The notes under the pieces are model-generated. The model was not told where the DNA came from. It saw only the letters and a program-made list of their open reading frames with translations, and ran no database searches. This document shows positions 53,551-56,968 of a stretch of 56,968 bases of DNA, piece by piece (positions within the stretch are counted from its first letter, which is position 1; each line of letters begins with the position of its first letter). Location: the IMG/VR virus record IMGVR_UViG_3300046779_001715, positions 1-56,968 of that record, one strand, 5' to 3'. This stretch comes from a virus (lineage: Duplodnaviria > Caudoviricetes). The translations under genes and the position numbers were made by a program.

Positions 53551-54171
53551 ATGACAACAAAAACATCTATACTTACAAGCCTGGCCGGGGAAAAATCTGC
53601 AAAAGATATGCAGACGATGAGCCGTGAATCTGCACTATGGTTGACCAAAAAAGTTGCTGAATTACGTAATCCAACCCGTTTGATTGTTCCTATAACCAAA
53701 GAAAAGACTAGATTTACAAGACCGTCTGACCGTCAGAAGTTTTTAATGGGTGGTTTATATTATTTTGTATATGACCCACAAGGAAAAAATGAATTGCCAT
53801 ATTATGACCGTTTTCCATTGGTGATGCCATTGAAAAGAGAGGCTGATGGTTTTCTTGGTTTAAACTTACATTATCTACCAATCAAATATAGAGTGAATTT
53901 TTTGCGTAAGTTATTACCATTAGCATTGTATAATGATGAAGATGAAATCAAAAGAATTCGTATTACATATCCAATTTTGAACGCATCCAGTAGATACAGA
54001 GAATTCAGACCTTGTATTAAAAAGTATTTGTACACACATATAAAATCAAGAATTCTTGCGGTTCAACCAAACGAATGGGACATTGCAACATACTTGCCAG
54101 TACAACAATTTAGAAAAACAACGGTCAATCAAGTCTGGAAAGAGTCGGTTGGAGAAATAAGGAAATATTAA
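53551..54171 (+). CDS. gp2: DNA end protector protein
   Basis: G.LY.F.YDP..K..LPYYD.FPLV, GFLGLNLHYLP...R, PCIK.YL..H..S and W......P..QF.K motifs. Confidence 0.92.
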   Translation: MTTKTSILTSLAGEKSAKDMQTMSRESALWLTKKVAELRNPTRLIVPITKEKTRFTRPSDRQKFLMGGLYYFVYDPQGKNELPYYDRFPLVMPLKREADGFLGLNLHYLPIKYRVNFLRKLLPLALYNDEDEIKRIRITYPILNASSRYREFRPCIKKYLYTHIKSRILAVQPNEWDIATYLPVQQFRKTTVNQVWKESVGEIRKY

Positions 54172-54686
54172 TGTTCAAGAGTTTAGAAAATTTTAAATCA
54201 AGTTTCCGAACAGAACTATCAAGACCTAATCGTTTTGATGTTTATTTGTTTCCACCACCAGGATTGTATTCCGAATACAATATGGTTCAATTGGCCTATC
54301 GTTGTGAGGCTGCTCAACTTCCAGGTCGCACCTTTGCTACAACAGACCAAAGAACATATGGTCCAGTTGAAAAGTTTCCATATCTTACCACATACAATGA
54401 CTTAGATTTGACTTTTATTGTTAGTGGTGACATGGAAGAAAAGTATTTTTTCGATAATTGGTTTGAATATATCAATCCAAAAAGTACTAACAATTACAAA
54501 TATAAAGAAGATTATTCAACTGATTTGTTGATTAATCAATACGATTTGAGTAATAGATTGACATACTCAGCTCGTATTATTCAAGCTTACCCAATATCTA
54601 TCAATCAACTTGATTTGGATTGGAGTACCGATGGTTACCATAAGTTGATTGTGACATTCGCATACACACGATGGGAACAAAACTGA
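54171..54686 (+). CDS. gp54: Tail tube initiator (gp19-family paralogue, gp54-like)
   Basis: SRPNRF.V, CE.A.LPGR, YGP..K.PY, EK.FFD.W and AYP..I....L.W...V.F.Y..W motifs. Confidence 0.7.
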   Translation: MFKSLENFKSSFRTELSRPNRFDVYLFPPPGLYSEYNMVQLAYRCEAAQLPGRTFATTDQRTYGPVEKFPYLTTYNDLDLTFIVSGDMEEKYFFDNWFEYINPKSTNNYKYKEDYSTDLLINQYDLSNRLTYSARIIQAYPISINQLDLDWSTDGYHKLIVTFAYTRWEQN

Positions 54687-54706
54687 TTTTACTATAAGGA
54701 GTTATT

Positions 54707-55432
54707 ATGGCTTTACCAAAAATTGATGTGCCAACATATGAATTGGATTTACCAGTTTCAAAGAAGAAAATTAAATTTCGTCCGTTTCTAGTTAAAGAAC
54801 AAAGAAACCTTTTAATGGCAATGGAATCTTCTGATTCCGGTTCAGTACACAATGCAATTAGTGATATTCTGAATAATTGTACATTGACTGAGAATGTAGA
54901 CATTGCTAAATTACCAATTATTGATGTTGAGTATTACTTTATTAACTTGAGAGCCAAATCTATTGGCGAAATCATAGATTCAAAATATCGTTGTAACAAT
55001 GAAGTTGACGATAAAGAATGTGGTAACACAATGGAATCTAAACTTGATTTGACAAAGATTGAAGTTCAGATGGATAATAATATTTCACCTGACATTCAGT
55101 TGACAGAAAATCTTTCAATTAAAATGAAGTATCCTGAATTTGGTATTGTCAAAGATTCAGTCAATATTGAAGATGAAACAGAAATTACATTTAATATGTT
55201 GGCTCGTAGTATAGAATACATCTATGATGGTGAACAGTTTTATTATGCACATGAAACACCAATTGAAGAAATGGTAGAATTTGTTGAGGGTTTGAATCAA
55301 CAACAGTTTGAAAATATTGAAAAGTTCTTTAATAACTTACCTAAGTTAAAAGAAAAAGTTGAAATGACTTGCAGTAAATGTGGTTTTCACCATGAAATTA
55401 ATGTAGAAGGCCTAGAAAGTTTTTTCGGATAA
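54707..55432 (+). CDS. gp26: Baseplate hub subunit / assembly chaperone
   Basis: MALPKI.VP.YEL.LP....IKFRPFLVKE...LL.A, D.EY.F..LRAKSIGE, MKYP, FF...PKL, CSKC and EGL.SFF end; AAGGAG RBS. Confidence 0.92.
   Translation: MALPKIDVPTYELDLPVSKKKIKFRPFLVKEQRNLLMAMESSDSGSVHNAISDILNNCTLTENVDIAKLPIIDVEYYFINLRAKSIGEIIDSKYRCNNEVDDKECGNTMESKLDLTKIEVQMDNNISPDIQLTENLSIKMKYPEFGIVKDSVNIEDETEITFNMLARSIEYIYDGEQFYYAHETPIEEMVEFVEGLNQQQFENIEKFFNNLPKLKEKVEMTCSKCGFHHEINVEGLESFFG
55420..55426 (+). promoter_or_regulatory. Putative -1 programmed ribosomal frameshift heptamer T TTT TTC
   Basis: X XXY YYZ pattern in the gp26 frame, one sense codon before the stop; the -1 frame is the gp51 frame. Confidence 0.7.
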
Positions 55433-55614
55433 CCTTTCGCCATGACAATTTGAGAAATTATTATGTAACGAATTTCTCATTGATGCAACACCATAAGTAT
55501 AGTTTGTTTGAATTAGACAATATGATACCATGGGAAAGGGACATTTATGTTGCAATGTTGATACAATATATTGAGGAAGAAAACCAAAAGATAAAAGAAC
55601 GAATGAAAAAGTAA
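55423..55614 (+). CDS. gp51: Baseplate hub assembly catalyst (gp51-like), probably a frameshift extension of gp26
   Basis: Not in the ORF track; reads (F)RITFRHDNLRNYYVTNFSLMQHHKYSLFELDNMIPWERDIYVAMLIQYIEEENQKIKERMKK*. First ATG is at 55483. Confidence 0.85.
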   Translation, partial: FRITFRHDNLRNYYVTNFSLMQHHKYSLFELDNMIPWERDIYVAMLIQYIEEENQKIKERMKK

Positions 55615-55615
55615 A

Positions 55616-56968
55616 ATGGCAAAACCATCAGACGAAACAAAAAGTACCGTTAGTAGAATGGCATTAAGTGGTGCCAAGCTTGCCTTTACTGGTGTTAAAA
55701 AATCTTATTCGGCCGTTAAGAAACTTCTTACTAAGACACCATCATCTGAATTTATTGTTGATGAAAAAGAAACATCAGTACAAGTTTTAGGTAAAATCTA
55801 CAAGATGATGAAAGTAATGGAAGAGGACAAGAGACTCAACCATGAAATGGCCAACAGTCATTTGGAAGCAGAAAAATTACAAAAAGATAAAAGAAACAAA
55901 GAAATCATTAAAGCATTAACTGGTAGAAAAAAGTTAAAACAAGCTGCGCCGAAAAAACGCAAAGCAAAAACAACTCCAAGTATTCCAATTGGTTATGTGC
56001 CAAGAGGTGGTGTACCAAGTACACCAAAAGGTGGTACACCAAATGTACCAACAAAACCCGTAGATGTACCAAAACCCGTAGAATTACCAAAAACAAAACC
56101 AGTTGAAACACCTGGACCTACTGGTAGACCAACAAATGCCAACGAAATTCGATTAAAACAAGAAAAAGCAACAGAGGCCTCAGAAGATGCTGCAAGTCGT
56201 CAAGCTGAAATTTTAAGAAGGCAACAAAAAGCACCAGAAACACCAAAACCAGCAGAAACACCAAAACCAGCAGAAATACCAAAAGTTGAAACAAAACCTG
56301 GATCAGGAAAATTTGAACCTATAAAACCTGAACCGGGTGATTCTAAAATGTCTAAAGACGCTATCGAAAATGCTAATAAAATTACGGAGCGTATAAACAG
56401 AGAAGTTGCTGAAATGGTGGCAAAGCGTGAAGCAGAACTGGCCAGAAGGGCAAAATTACCCGAAGAAGCTAGAAAAGCTGCAGAAGCTGCAGATGCGGCC
56501 AAGCGTTTAAAATTAAAAGAAGAACAAAAACAAATCATGCAACGCTTCAGAGACATGTCTCAAGGTGCAAAAAGAGACAGAGAAGCAGCTGAAGCTGCAA
56601 AACCTAAACCTTCTGCAACACCTACCAAAGTTGAAACTAAACCTTCTGCATCACTTAAATCTGAAACAAAAAAACCAAGTGCTGAAAAAACTACAACAAC
56701 CGTTATGATTCAAGGAAATAAATTACTTCTACCTGCTGATGAAAGAGTAGCACAAGCGATTGATAATGCTTCAACTCTTACTGGTGTACGTAAGTCATTG
56801 TTGTATGCTATGGCAAGTCAAGAAAGTAGATTTGATCCAAATATAGTTCCTCCAATAGATCCAAAAACAGGTAAACCAGGTACTTCAGCAAAAGGATTAT
56901 TTCAATTTTTAGATTCTACTTGGAATGATATGGTGAAAAATTATGGTAAAAAATATCCAATTTTATAC
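55616..56968 (+). CDS. Tail-associated protein with lytic transglycosylase (SLT) domain in the tape-measure position; runs off the window
   Basis: Hand translation from ATG 55616: helical N-terminus, Pro/Lys/Glu-rich linker, then AI..AS..TGV...LL.AMA.QESRFDPN...SAKGLFQFLDSTW (catalytic ES and GLxQ motifs). Confidence 0.8.
   Translation, partial: MAKPSDETKSTVSRMALSGAKLAFTGVKKSYSAVKKLLTKTPSSEFIVDEKETSVQVLGKIYKMMKVMEEDKRLNHEMANSHLEAEKLQKDKRNKEIIKALTGRKKLKQAAPKKRKAKTTPSIPIGYVPRGGVPSTPKGGTPNVPTKPVDVPKPVELPKTKPVETPGPTGRPTNANEIRLKQEKATEASEDAASRQAEILRRQQKAPETPKPAETPKPAEIPKVETKPGSGKFEPIKPEPGDSKMSKDAIENANKITERINREVAEMVAKREAELARRAKLPEEARKAAEAADAAKRLKLKEEQKQIMQRFRDMSQGAKRDREAAEAAKPKPSATPTKVETKPSASLKSETKKPSAEKTTTTVMIQGNKLLLPADERVAQAIDNASTLTGVRKSLLYAMASQESRFDPNIVPPIDPKTGKPGTSAKGLFQFLDSTWNDMVKNYGKKYPILY
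56235..56284 (+). repeat. 18-bp coding tandem repeat (ETPKPA), about 2.7 copies
   Basis: CAGAAACACCAAAACCAG twice, then CAGAAATACCAAAA. Confidence 0.85.

Noticed and set aside
1739-56556. Many short antisense and alternative-frame ORFs in the track
   Set aside because: They lie inside well-supported genes and reflect codon bias of Gly/Ala/Thr-rich or repetitive sequence; no recognisable motifs.

Overview
The window is the virion morphogenesis region of an AT-rich T4-like myophage with a cyanomyovirus-like gene layout. The minus strand (1-53069, transcribed right to left) carries gp48, gp53, a gp27-like hub, a gp5 split over separate genes, gp25, gp6, gp7, gp8, a split DUF4815/VrlC-like structural protein, about 22 kb of accessory fibre/adhesin genes, then gp13-gp20 (portal truncated at the window edge). 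The plus strand (53105-end) carries gp4, gp2, gp54, gp26, gp51 and a truncated lytic-transglycosylase protein in the tape-measure position. Family assignments come from recognised motifs and synteny, not from database searches. The main leads are: (1) a Hint autoprocessing domain that lacks the C-terminal His-Asn and sits where the DUF4815 protein is broken, apparently inside one domain; (2) a canonical -1 slippery heptamer that would fuse gp26 to gp51, like lambda G/GT; (3) repeated pairings of short terminal peptides with small domains across the fibre genes, suggesting a modular docking code; (4) DNA-identical repeat cassettes shared between distant fibre genes; (5) a lysozyme-less gp5 ending in an HxH tip; (6) an unusual structured spacer upstream of gp25. 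I saw no tRNA, CRISPR array, reverse transcriptase or recombinase.
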